From the NCBI RefSeq assembly GCF_037042905.1, contig NC_087263.1:14386001-14450000 (forward strand): 64,000 nt of DNA, read 5' to 3'. Of the stretch, positions 41,351-52,500 are shown in pieces. The notes under the pieces were generated by a model that saw only the letters and a program-made list of their open reading frames with translations, searched no databases and was not told the DNA's origin. The number at the start of each line of letters is the position of its first letter. Positions within the stretch are counted from its first letter, which is position 1. Source of the stretch: Lytechinus pictus. Its lineage: Eukaryota. The position numbers were made by a program, and so were the translations under genes.

Positions 41351-42595
41351 GATCGTCCTGTGCGCCTGTCATTTTCATTTTCATCATTTCATGTCCGTTC
41401 ATACTTCATGTTTGCTCATGAAAGTCATTTGTGAGTGATTTTGAAGTGTATAACGAACGGAGAGTGAGTGGGAAGTTTTCCGCTCTCTATAGTACTATAC
41501 CGTTAATTGTAAATTTGCGTGCCGTGATTGCGTGGATTTACATGCATCTCGCACACATCTTGTTTAAGTTTTGTCATTTTTCCGTACATGATATCATTTC
41601 TTGTTTGATTACAAGTGGATTTTGATATATATTTGCCATATCTAGGAAATTATTTCATGTCCACTACGTTGCATTTTCATTGCAACGCACGTGTTATTCT
41701 CTGTGCACACGGTGCACACGCCCTTCATTGTTTGTTGCACTTGCATTTCTCATCGCTTTCTTCGCGAGTCTCTTCTATTGTTTGGCTCGCGATCAAGAAT
41801 TTTGTTCCTTGCATATTTTTGCGTCGCCTACCATCTCGTTGCTTTTGTTTGTAAATTCTTTGAAGTCTGCATCTAGGCGAGGATATTTTTAGTCCGCCAT
41901 TGTCTTTATAAGCTTTCTTCCGAATTCGGAACATTCACACCACACCATTCCAAAAAAAAAGTCGGGTGTGAGTATTTGGTGGATTTATTGGATTGGAAAA
42001 GTTAATTTGAACTTGAAATTTTCTTTCGATCCTCAGTAATTATTCCAGATGGTATAAGTTTCCTACAATTTCATATTCTTGCATATCGGGCAGTGCACCA
42101 ATATTTTGAGGGCGTAGAGTTGTTCATACATTTCTATAAAATTTCCAGTATATATTTTCCATCGACATTTGGCAAGTGTTTTTTACAGCCAGTTCTGTAC
42201 ACATTGAGTGGCAGAAAGAGTGTTAGAAGTTCTAATACTCCTGGTTGCCGAGTTGAGTAATAGTCTGAATTTACTTCAAATTTTTACCCAGCTCGAAATT
42301 ACACTTGTGTCGGTGGTACGTTAGAGGTGGGTTTTTCTGAATTTCAGATCTTACCTGTTACTAGAAAATAGGTGGGTTTTCTGAGCTTCGGATCTTACCT
42401 GTAACTTGAAAATATACTCTTGAATTTTGTTCTTAATCAATACACATCTTGTGAATTTTCTTTAAAGCATTTCATTCATCACATCTGATATTGTGATTGT
42501 TTCTCTTTAATAACTGTGATTGTCATTGTCTTAAATTCAATTTAAAAGTTATTGTTACTCATTGTTGCTAATTGTTCACCCACTCGGTAGAATTG

Positions 42596-42815
42596 TGTGT
42601 GAATATATAGACATCTATAAATAATTCCAGTGTCAGACCCGTTGGGACTGGAAAAATAGACGTCTGAATTATTTGTGTGAATAGACTTCTGTATAATAAT
42701 TCCAGTGTCAGACCCGTTGGGACTGGAAAAAGAGAAGTCTGAAATATTTATGTGAATAGACTTCTGTCAATACCAGTGTCAGACCCGTTGGGACTGGGAA
42801 AGAGAAGTCTGAATA
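42596..42815 (+). repeat. three tandem ~73-bp stem-loop units
   Basis: Core CCAGTGTCAGACCCGTTGGGACTGG occurs three times. Confidence 0.9.
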
Positions 42816-45238
42816 ATTTTATCTTCCATATCAAATAATTGGTAGTTTGGGCTGGTTGGGTGTAGGCTCCATAATTTTTTGAAATTGTGTAGTTTTGCAG
42901 AGAAACCGGTAGGCTATTTATTTCTTGATAACTTAGATAAATTATTCTCTATGTTCTTCATGTTACATGTTTATATGTCGTTTTGATTCGAAATTAATTG
43001 AATCATCACTATTGGTAACTCTATGTGCTGATTTTTATTGCCTTTGATTTGGAAGTCAAGAAGTAATAGATTGTTTTTGACAAAAAATTGACAAATTTAC
43101 CCTCGATCGCCTCGCTCGGCATATATTGACTCATCACTGTCGATCACGTGACTTCTATATTTTTTCACTTGATCGAGAGATTCTCGTTGTAAACACAACA
43201 GTCGATCAGAGTTAGGATTTGCAAAATTCTGATTTTATACCATTATCGTGATTGACCGTTGATTTATTCTAACGATTAGTTCTAAGTAGGAACTCGTAGA
43301 AGTTGATTTTGTAATTTGATCGTTCTTATTAGTTAATTTTAGATCCAACGTCGCGCGGTTTTCAACCAACCCCAGCGCAACGCACCTCTCTGTCTGGTCC
43401 GTAACTCCAGGCAGGGATAACGTTCACGAACAGGCTATCGTCGCCGTGAAGGCAAATTTTGAACGAGTTTCCTTTTCGTCAGATTTTACTGACAATTTGC
43501 TGAATTTAGCTGCCAATTGTCTCTTGACTCAATATTTACGTGAATTGAGCTAAGTTCCTTGTTCCCATATTGCCATATTCTCGTTTGTACTTTTTTTAGC
43601 TTCGTCCGGTGACGGTGTCGATCAAGTAGATCTCCACCAGCCAACGGCAATAGCGTGTGCCTATCTCACGTGTAGGTGTTGTGCTATGCTGTAGGCAGCA
43701 CTAGTATTTGCATTGTTTGAGATCAATTCGACTCTTACTGGGAATGAAAATAATTTATTTGAATTCTTTTAACCTCTTGAATTTGAGCTTATCAGCTGAG
43801 TTAGAGCTGTGAATTGGTTTTTTACCTAAAATATATTTCAGATCTTTGTGACACTTCTGATTTTCGTAACGAAAACTAGCTCGAATTTAACCATAAAAAT
43901 ACTTTGGATCAGAAGAATCCCATAGTGAGAATTTGATTTCAAATAGTTAGGGATTTTTCTTTTGCGGATAATCTTGTTAATCTCAGGTGTTTGTAATTTC
44001 CTGACTGTGTATATACCTGGAGCCAACAAGTGCAATTGTTTTGCTTTGTCTTTTGACTCGGTGTACACGTGTTTGAACGAGGACTTGGAATTTAATTTTA
44101 GGCCCTTAGTTCTTTGTAGGAAATTTCTCTTGGAGGTTATCCTGGATCGTCTTTCTGTCTGTTTGAAATTCAGGTTTTTTAAGTTGAACTTTTAACAAGC
44201 ATTGTTAGATCAGGAATTTTTCTTTGGAATAATTCTTGCTTGTAAATTTGATTTCTATATTTTTTAAGAAAGATAGATCTCAACTGAAGGTACAAGAAGA
44301 ACTGAATTAAATTTTAATAAGGCTCTTGAAAATACTTTAATCAAATCAACTCTTGATTCTGATTTTAGGTGAAAAGTACAGATACTATTGATCTTTGATA
44401 TCAGAATAATTGATATCAACATTCTTTGAAATTATTTTTTTCATATAGTTGCTTTTGTATTTTTAGAGCATCATTCTTGCGCTGAAAATTTGCAAATTTC
44501 TATTCAGGCTCTAGAATCCCATTCATCAGTGAAGTACAAAATTCACTGCTGTCATTTTGCGCAAGTTGATTTCTAAATAGTAGTCTCATCATTTTTTAAT
44601 TGGTAACTTATCCCCATTCTAAAAAAAAAAAGAAAAAAAAAAGGAAGAAAATCGGATGTGGGATAAATGTCTATTTGACACATTTATTTATACATTGCAT
44701 TCATCAGAAATAAACAATTATTATTGAATGCTACTCCTGTAATCGTTGAGGCTTCGATAAGTTGAATCCTTGTTAGGTTCTTTTTAATAGTCGTAGAGTA
44801 AGTAAAACTTATTGACACTTCTGCGATTACTCAGAGTAGTAGCAGTTTGATATTCTATTCTACAAGTGTAGTTTCTGAAACTTGAAGCTGCACTGTAATT
44901 TGTAAATATACTTTCACCGAATACATCCATTGCTACAGGAGTGGAGTGTGTACATTTATTATTAATATTCAGACGCTTGTTCTTAGCAGTACAAGTATTG
45001 CAGTACTTTACTCTTTTCTAATTGGCAGTAAGTGTATTCAGTGACACAAGATTAAAGAAGTATAAACAAACCTAGTTAAGTTCTTTCACTGATCTGCAAG
45101 CTACATATATTCTGCTATAACGTATACTGTAGATCATTGAATTTATGAAAGTATCATTCAAAATATGTTTAAGAATATGCCTTTGAATCACCAAGGTGAT
45201 CATCAATAATACTTTCCTGAATTTATCTGGAATTCATA

Positions 45239-47233
45239 ATGATGCAAAGTGAAATCGCCAGAGCAAGACAAGGATTAGTTGAAGACATTATAGACAGTCG
45301 TAATACTAGTAGGGGATACTTATATGAGTATTCACTGGCAAATAATCTGTACAAGCTTGGTTATCCAAGAAATTTTGTAGATGAATTTGTTTATGAGAGG
45401 TTTGATTGTTCAAGGATACATTATTTATCTGATCTCGATTTAACAGATCTTGTATATAAATGTGCTGATAAATGCCAATATAAATATGCTGAACCCAATA
45501 CTGGTAGAAAGCCTCAGGCTGATAATTTGAGTACTGATGCATCTTATCATTCTAGGACTGATCATCATGAAGATTGTTCAAGGAATCTTGGTCATATTTT
45601 ATATGGTTCTTCCAAGGTTGATCAGGATAGATATCATTCACAATATACTGATCACTCTAGATATGCTCCTGGTACTCCCTATACTAGTGAGGATTCCAAA
45701 CATTTACATTCATCTTATACTCAATGTGAACCCAGATCAAACAGCAGGGTTCAGAGTACAAATAAACATGATTCTTATCCACAATCTTCCTGTCATACTT
45801 CTAATGATCATTCCAAAGATGATGCTTATATAGCAATGATGATGCACTGTATGGCTGTTCGAATGAAATCATTGTCAGAAGAACTGAAATCATCTCGGCA
45901 TTCATCTACTCTAGATTCAAGGCTTCCGTCCTTAGATCGAGGTTGCGATGCCCTGAGATCTTATTCTCGTGGGTGTACTGGTCCGCGAGTGTCCTCGTTG
46001 CCCAAGTACGTGACCTTCGATGGTAGAGGATGTTGGCACACTTTTATACGTAATTTCCAGCTATATTCGGAAGATCGCGGTTGGGGTCAAGCCCAACAGC
46101 TCAATGAACTTTGCCTTTGTCTTGAGGGAAGCGCAATCAAATATTTTGCATCAATTATTGTTTCTTCCAAGCTAAACATTCCCTATACAGATGTTATCAA
46201 GAAGCTTGAGCAAAGATTTGCTTCCAAAGAATTTCCTGTCGCACAATTGCAATTTGATTTTGCGCAGCAGGCAACAACCGAAACAAAGGGGGAATGGGCC
46301 GACCGTGTCCTATCCTACGCTTCACGCGTCTTTGACGGATTGCCTGAGGAGATTTTTGAGAGGCAAATAGTGCAAAAGTTTTGTCAGGGTTCATTAGACC
46401 ATGAAGCGGGAAAATACGCTATCAAATCACGTCCTCGGAATCTCGATGATGCCATTTACTTAGTTCGGTGGTTTCAGCATCGGCCAAAGTATGCAAGACA
46501 AAGGTCTTACGATACTGTCGAGGAGGATCCCAGAGTTAACCGTATGGGTGTTTCCGGGCATGCCTCTAATGCTCAGCAGTCCTCCGGTCAGAACAGTCTG
46601 GAGGACCGAGTGCCCAATCTGGAGAGGAAGGTTGATATTCAATCTGCTCCAGGGGCACAGATGAAGTCCTTCCAGTCCTCAGTCCAGGGATCGGTAACTG
46701 CTGTCCAAGAGCAGAATAGGCATACACATTCTCCTTCGACAGAAGACAATGAATCCCAGTCGTCTTGTCGTGATGTTTGTTTTGCATGCAACAAATCTGG
46801 ACACTTCAAGAGGAACTGTCCAGAACGTTTAACAATAGATGTAGATACTTGTGTTTCTGATAATGTCATTAGTGTAGATGCTGTAACTGTAAATACCACA
46901 TGTATAGATGATGTAACTGTAGATACTTCATGTGTAAGTGATGTTACAGTTAATACCTTAGATGTAGATAATGTAAGTTTTGTAACTGTGTCAGAGGACA
47001 GTCGAGCCTCTACTGAGGATGCCAAGCATGGGCAGAGTTATCTTGTGCAAATGCTTTGGGGAAGTACCCCTCCTAAGCTGTCCATCCTTGAATTCCTCAG
47101 TTCTCTTCTCTGGTGGAACCAGAGATATGTTTGTAGTTTAAGTAATGACCCATTTCTTATATCTTGTCCTTGGCTCCTTCCTCCCTGGCCACCACCCCAA
47201 GAATGGAGTAGTATCTCCTTGATCAGTTGCTGA
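45239..47233 (+). CDS. gag: Gag-like protein, 664 aa (retrotransposon capsid domain plus CCHC zinc knuckle)
   Basis: PKYVTFDGRGCWHTFIRNF..W..QLNELCLCLEGSA..LEQRF capsid pattern; CFACNKSGHFKRNC knuckle; uninterrupted frame. Confidence 0.9.
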   Translation: MMQSEIARARQGLVEDIIDSRNTSRGYLYEYSLANNLYKLGYPRNFVDEFVYERFDCSRIHYLSDLDLTDLVYKCADKCQYKYAEPNTGRKPQADNLSTDASYHSRTDHHEDCSRNLGHILYGSSKVDQDRYHSQYTDHSRYAPGTPYTSEDSKHLHSSYTQCEPRSNSRVQSTNKHDSYPQSSCHTSNDHSKDDAYIAMMMHCMAVRMKSLSEELKSSRHSSTLDSRLPSLDRGCDALRSYSRGCTGPRVSSLPKYVTFDGRGCWHTFIRNFQLYSEDRGWGQAQQLNELCLCLEGSAIKYFASIIVSSKLNIPYTDVIKKLEQRFASKEFPVAQLQFDFAQQATTETKGEWADRVLSYASRVFDGLPEEIFERQIVQKFCQGSLDHEAGKYAIKSRPRNLDDAIYLVRWFQHRPKYARQRSYDTVEEDPRVNRMGVSGHASNAQQSSGQNSLEDRVPNLERKVDIQSAPGAQMKSFQSSVQGSVTAVQEQNRHTHSPSTEDNESQSSCRDVCFACNKSGHFKRNCPERLTIDVDTCVSDNVISVDAVTVNTTCIDDVTVDTSCVSDVTVNTLDVDNVSFVTVSEDSRASTEDAKHGQSYLVQMLWGSTPPKLSILEFLSSLLWWNQRYVCSLSNDPFLISCPWLLPPWPPPQEWSSISLISC

Positions 47234-48229
47234 AAGTCCTGCAATTGAAATTTCTGTTATACATTGTATTTCCTTTTAATAGTCACTGAAGGTGAAGGCA
47301 CACTTCTTATTTTTCAATAGTTTTTACCTCTTCATGTGACATATGAAGTAATTGGTGCAAACACTGGTTATGCAATAGATAATTCTTTTATCATATTTGT
47401 ATATATTTTATACTTCATAAAAGATATATAGATATTTCAACCATAGATCCTTTACCTTGTTTGCAAAGGCTAATATAAACAACCCTGGAAATATTGTCAT
47501 ACAGGATGTTGAAATAGTAGTAGTTTTTCTCAAGAGAAAATACTATGTATGTATGTCAGGTCCAGGTTGTTATATTTATTTGCACCAGATCTGGTTGAAG
47601 TATCATTACTTTACATGCTTTTAAGAGCTCAAACATATTACCAATCATATATCATATTTGTAAAGGTCACATTGTACAGGCCTATATATTGGTAACAGAG
47701 CTCCAGCCAAATTGGCTTTATTTCATTGTTATGCTTATTAATAGTACAATATACAACTTGATATACAGCACTGACCAAGAGTCAACCTGAACAATCTATA
47801 TGTAAAGAAGTGCACTTTGAAGGATGAACACACCTTCTTTCAGTCTTTTAGACTTGCACTAAATAAGAATATATTCTTTGTTTCAACTATCAATACATAG
47901 ACAAGACTGGGCCAGACTGGCCGGATTACTTACCATTAACTTGTTCTTGTTTCTCAAAGTGTATATTTGCTGGTCTCAAGCGATAAGATATTTGATTTTG
48001 CTGGACCAGCAACCTTTTTAAATGAACAAGTTATTATAGAAACAAGTTTATGTCCTCAGATCACACTTTTTATGTATTTGAGGTATTTTATTGATGTCAT
48101 GTATTTAATCAGTTTTAATCATATAGGCATATATTACATTCCTCTGTCAGAGTTCTTCATATCTGTATTTTTCTATTGAGATTGCACAATATAGTCAATT
48201 CATAGATTTGTCAATATATGTCGCAATCT

Positions 48230-48246
48230 GATGGAACCGGGAGGAA
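48230..48246 (+). promoter_or_regulatory. polypurine tract
   Basis: GATGGAACCGGGAGGAA directly precedes the 3' LTR. Confidence 0.7.
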
Positions 48247-48801
48247 TGTAGTAAATTTGCCATGTACCTGTAGTACCATATATGTATTAGTCTGTGTATT
48301 AGTATATATGTATTGATCTATGTTCATGTATATTAAGTCTGTGTATGTGCTGTGTGTATGCGAGGAGCGCTCCTGATTGGAGGAGCCTTTATATGCTCCT
48401 ACGCCTGCTACGTGTGTGCGTTGCACAGCACGTACACAAGCTGGTGCTGAGAGATTGGATCCAGAGACCAGAAAGAGAAGACCCCGAGACGCCATCGAGT
48501 GAGGACATCCCAGTAGCTCCCCACTCGGCGCCATGGTCTAGAAACATCCTAGCTGATATTAGTATGCTGAGATTATCTGAGTGTATATCTACCGTGTGGA
48601 ATCCTGAGTACAAGTGTCAGGTGAGTATCAGTTGTTGTCCGTGTCTTGTACCGTCGGTAATTAACCCATTCGTGAGTTTCGTGAGTCGTAACCCTTGTCA
48701 GTGTTGTACTTGTCATAATTAACCACTCGTGCCATCGTATATCGTATCTCGTGCCATCACATCGTGAACCCTCATCACATCAACATTTCGTTTTCACAAC
48801 A
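48247..48801 (+). repeat. 3' LTR (555 bp)
   Basis: TGTAG..CAACA, homologous to the 5' LTR. Confidence 0.95.
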
Positions 48802-48868
48802 TAAGAATAATGAATACAATTCCATGAAATCCTTCAAAAGAGCATCAATTTTCGGACTTTTGTTCCAA

Positions 48869-48911
48869 TCGCGAGATCGCCATGTTTGAGGTAAAATTCT
48901 GCGCATGCGCA
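48869..48911 (-). promoter_or_regulatory. candidate housekeeping-type promoter
   Basis: TCTCGCGA, YY1-like AAACATGGCG and NRF1/P3A2-type TGCGCATGCGCA clustered within 45 bp. Confidence 0.45.
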
Positions 48912-49314
48912 TATGAATATTTATAAGATGTCGTCACTGCATGCCTTTACAGCACAGTTTAATGAATATGCATGTAAGAGTGAAAACTTTCGGCAAGTCG
49001 TCTCTATTCAATTAAATCGTGATTTAGGCATATAATTCAATACCATTTTTCTTTTTTTTGTTGTTGAAAAAAATAGATCTATATTTATGAAAAAAAATAT
49101 TTATTTCATATATATTTTTATTTTGTTACATTTTGTGTTTTTATGATAAGTTTTTGTTGTCATTTGTTATATTCTTTCTTTCTCCTTTTCATTCTTTCTT
49201 TCTCCTTTTCATTCTTTTTTATGCTTTGTTTATGGGAAGGGGGGGGGGTAAAGCGTGACTGTTCGCTTGGTGTGTGTTTTATTTCATATAACTTCCTCAA
49301 ATTATTTTGATTTA

Positions 49315-49363
49315 CCGTAAGTAACGGTGTATTAACCGCACCCGTGTATTAACCGCACCCCCA

Positions 49364-49404
<41 letters not shown>

Positions 49405-50117
49405 TTCTCACATTTACATGCATATTTGAGGTACGAAGAAACAAAAACTAAGTTCAAGATTTCAAAGTATTCAAAGAGATTACCGGTATGCGGAAATCTG
49501 CTGTTCTTGATCAATTCATCTACAAATGTTAGCAAGAAAGAAAGAAATTTGCATTTTTTCCAGTTGTTTTACGGCTTCGTGCCGTCTCTCTTATACGTGG
49601 TGCACGGTGTACATGGTATCTTATGAAAAGCAAACAGGAAAGAAAAAAAAAAGCTGGCGCGAAACGGGACTTTGAGGGGTTAAAATGAATAGCGCCAGCT
49701 TAAGTCGCACTAAAACCACAATACAACGTAAGCTAGCTCTCGGTTCTTGCTCAGCTGTGACAATTATTACCGAGAATGCTTGGCGTCTCTTTGAACTTAG
49801 CCAGGGAACTTCGCTGCTTTGAATCGAGAATAAAGTCAAAATTAGTGTCATGAAGGTGGGTGCATTTGTTATGGACACTATTTGATTAAGATCGTAATAA
49901 TCGCTTCCCATTACCCGCGGCTCATACCCCTCTAAACGACATTGCCCTGGGCGGCTACGCCCGGCCACTCGATGTGTTGTGAACTGGCAGACTTCTTACA
50001 TGTTTGGGAGGGGTTACGCGGGCGGGCTCAGACCCGTCACCGTGGATAAACCGCACCCCCGACTTTTGCTTATATCCCGCCGAGAAAAAGGTGCGGTTAA
50101 TACACCGTTACTTACGG
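49315..50117. mobile_element. pogo/Tigger-like MITE
   Basis: TA-CCGTAAGTAACGGTGTATTAACCGCACC / GGTGCGGTTAATACACCGTTACTTACGG-TA. Confidence 0.9.
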
Positions 50118-50727
50118 TAATGATACTAAAAATGAAAAAAATATTTATCAATAGTGTGCTTGTGTTTTAATATATTCAGAGATTTCTAGATCCGATTTTT
50201 TTTAGTCTGTATTATTATTATTATTCCCTTTGTGATTATAAAAAATCCAACAAATATTTACAAATGGATTCTAATTTTACATTTAGAATAACCAATTTAT
50301 GATTTTCTTAAATATGAATTCTGATTCAATAACGTAAATGATTTCATGTTATTTATCTTTTTCACATGTTATAACAATGAGGAAGGATTGAATATGGTTT
50401 TAAAACAAAAGGAAATACTTAAAAACAATTTGCCTGCTTTAAAAAGAAATGCTAAGTCAAGATGTAAATATATAATTATAATTAAAAAAAAAAATCTGCC
50501 GCTTTGATAATCACCAATCACCATTTGTTGTTTAATTCACCGCATGGCAGTAGCATAATCAACCCCTCACCTGCCCCCCCCCCTTTTTTCGGGGACGAAA
50601 TATCCTCAATTTTTGGTTGAAAAACTTTTTTTTTTTTACTTGTCAAATTTTTCATTGGCCCTGTGCCCCCCTTTTGGAAAATCATGGATCCGCCCCTGAT
50701 TGAACTCATTTATATGGAGCACTTCTA

Positions 50728-50986
50728 CACTGTCAAAAATATTTTTAACAACGCTGTTTACTGTGAGAATTGCATAGTAGTTGTTTAAACATTTTAAACA
50801 AGTGTTTAAAATTTAAACAATCATGTTTAAATCATTGATAATTTAATATTTGAATTTAATTATTGATAATTAAATATTTAAATTTAAAATGTGTGTTTTA
50901 AGATTTTAAATACTTGTTTAAACTGTTTAAACAATTACTGTGTGATTCACATCGTAGACAGCGATTTTAAATTTATTTTAACAGTG
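50728..50986. mobile_element. palindromic MITE (CACTG..CAGTG, TA flanks)
   Basis: Near-palindromic AT-rich body with TTTAAA repeats. Confidence 0.7.
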
Positions 50987-51989
50987 TACATGTATTTGAA
51001 TGATTAGGAACTTAATTAATGGCGCAAAGTAGACGACAGGAGATTGATGACATAAACTTCCATATAATTCTATAGTAATATTGTACTTTCTTTTTTATAT
51101 ATACGGCACAATTTTTATAACTCCCCCTTTTAAATGAGGAACAGGCCGTCCGTGGTCCCCAAATAAATTATGACCGACTAGTAAAGAGCTGAAAAACGGA
51201 AGAAGTAGCCTTTGTGGGTATACGGCATTATCATTATAGAGTTTACCACCCTGACCTATAAGGATCGGGAACGTTGGTGATCATTTTGAATAAAATATGA
51301 CTTCATATACTTTGACCTATAATCTTAATACTAATTCCGTTCCCAAATATTATTCTTTAAAACTTGATGCCGCCACAAAACAAACTAGCAATATAGCCGA
51401 GATGAAAAAACGGGGTAATAAAGAAAAGGTAAACATATGAGAAAAACAAGGATTTTCTCGCAAACATGCGCGGAAGTAAAATTTTAGAGAGAATGAGAAA
51501 GAAAAATCCCGCAAAGCTTTCTTTTTCGCCATTGTTTACCCCTTCGCTATCACCGTTTCTCTTCTCTCTCTTTTTTTTTTTTTGGGGGGGGAGTTAGGGT
51601 GGGGAAGATCATCCCACCGCCTCCTTGCTATGTACTTGTTATAAAAAAAAGGAAAAGGTGGATGATAAAGGCCTATTGGTATGTTATGACAAAATCTATC
51701 ACAAAATTTGATTTCTGCGTCAATTCTTCAATGGTATAGTAGTAGTCATAGGCGGCGGAAGCGGAGGGGGACCTGTCCCCCCTAAATTTGAGATGGGGGA
51801 CGGTCCCCCCCCCCCCTAAATTTTTTGTTGATAATTTTTTTTTGCTTGTCAATTTTTTTTACCTGTGTCTATCCCAAAATTTCAATTTCAGGTGGACCCC
51901 CTGATTTTTTTGGCTTCCGCCACCAATGGTATTAGAAGTATATAAGCTGATTTAGCGTCACCATGATTTTCATTAATTTCTTGTATATA

Positions 51990-52500
51990 AAATAATGAAT
52001 GATTTAGTTCCAAATTATTTAAAACCTTTAGTATGTAAACGGCCCGTGAAATACAGGACACGGTATTCTTTACGATGCCCCCTTCAGCTTCCCAAAGCTA
52101 GAATTGAACATAAAAGAAAATCTTTCGCATATGTCGGACCCAAATTATTTAATGCACTTCCTTCAAATTTACAAGTTTGTACCTCCTTGTTAGTTTTTAA
52201 AAAATTATGCAAAGCCTTTCATACGAATTGATAAAGAGCGAAATTATATTCCATTGATTTACAATGCTATGTATGTTTAAATTGTCACTTCCCACTCTAT
52301 ATTTTGGTGTTAATTGTTTCTGATGTTAGATATTTTGTATTTTGTATTTTTGATGTTGTTTGTTGTTGTTGTTCATAGTTATCTTGACATGTATTTTAAA
52401 CTGCAGGGCGCCTTTGTAAAGCAGTTTTAAGAACTGAACAGGCCTACCCTGCAGTATAAAATAAATAAATCAAAATAAATAAATAATAAATAATAATAAT
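51990..52500 (+). mobile_element. L2/Crack-type LINE 3' fragment
   Basis: YSLR..LQLPKARIE..RKSFAYVGPKLFNALP..FKK, then a UTR and an (AATAA)n tail. Confidence 0.8.

Larger units (their letters stand above)
40776..48801 (+). mobile_element. Gypsy-like LTR retrotransposon, gag-only (non-autonomous)
   Basis: TG..CA LTRs, TAAG TSD (40772-40775 and 48802-48805), PBS-like and PPT-like sites, single Gag ORF. Confidence 0.95.

Noticed and set aside
40755..41934. short ORFs over the LTR and leader
   Set aside because: Overlapping chance frames with no domain similarity
42596..42815. CRISPR-like repeat-spacer array
   Set aside because: The intervening sequences are homologous to each other, there are no cas genes, and the context is a eukaryotic retroelement
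51350..51532. gene start MAKKKALR on the minus strand
   Set aside because: Good start context but no splice donor or recognisable protein; cannot be supported
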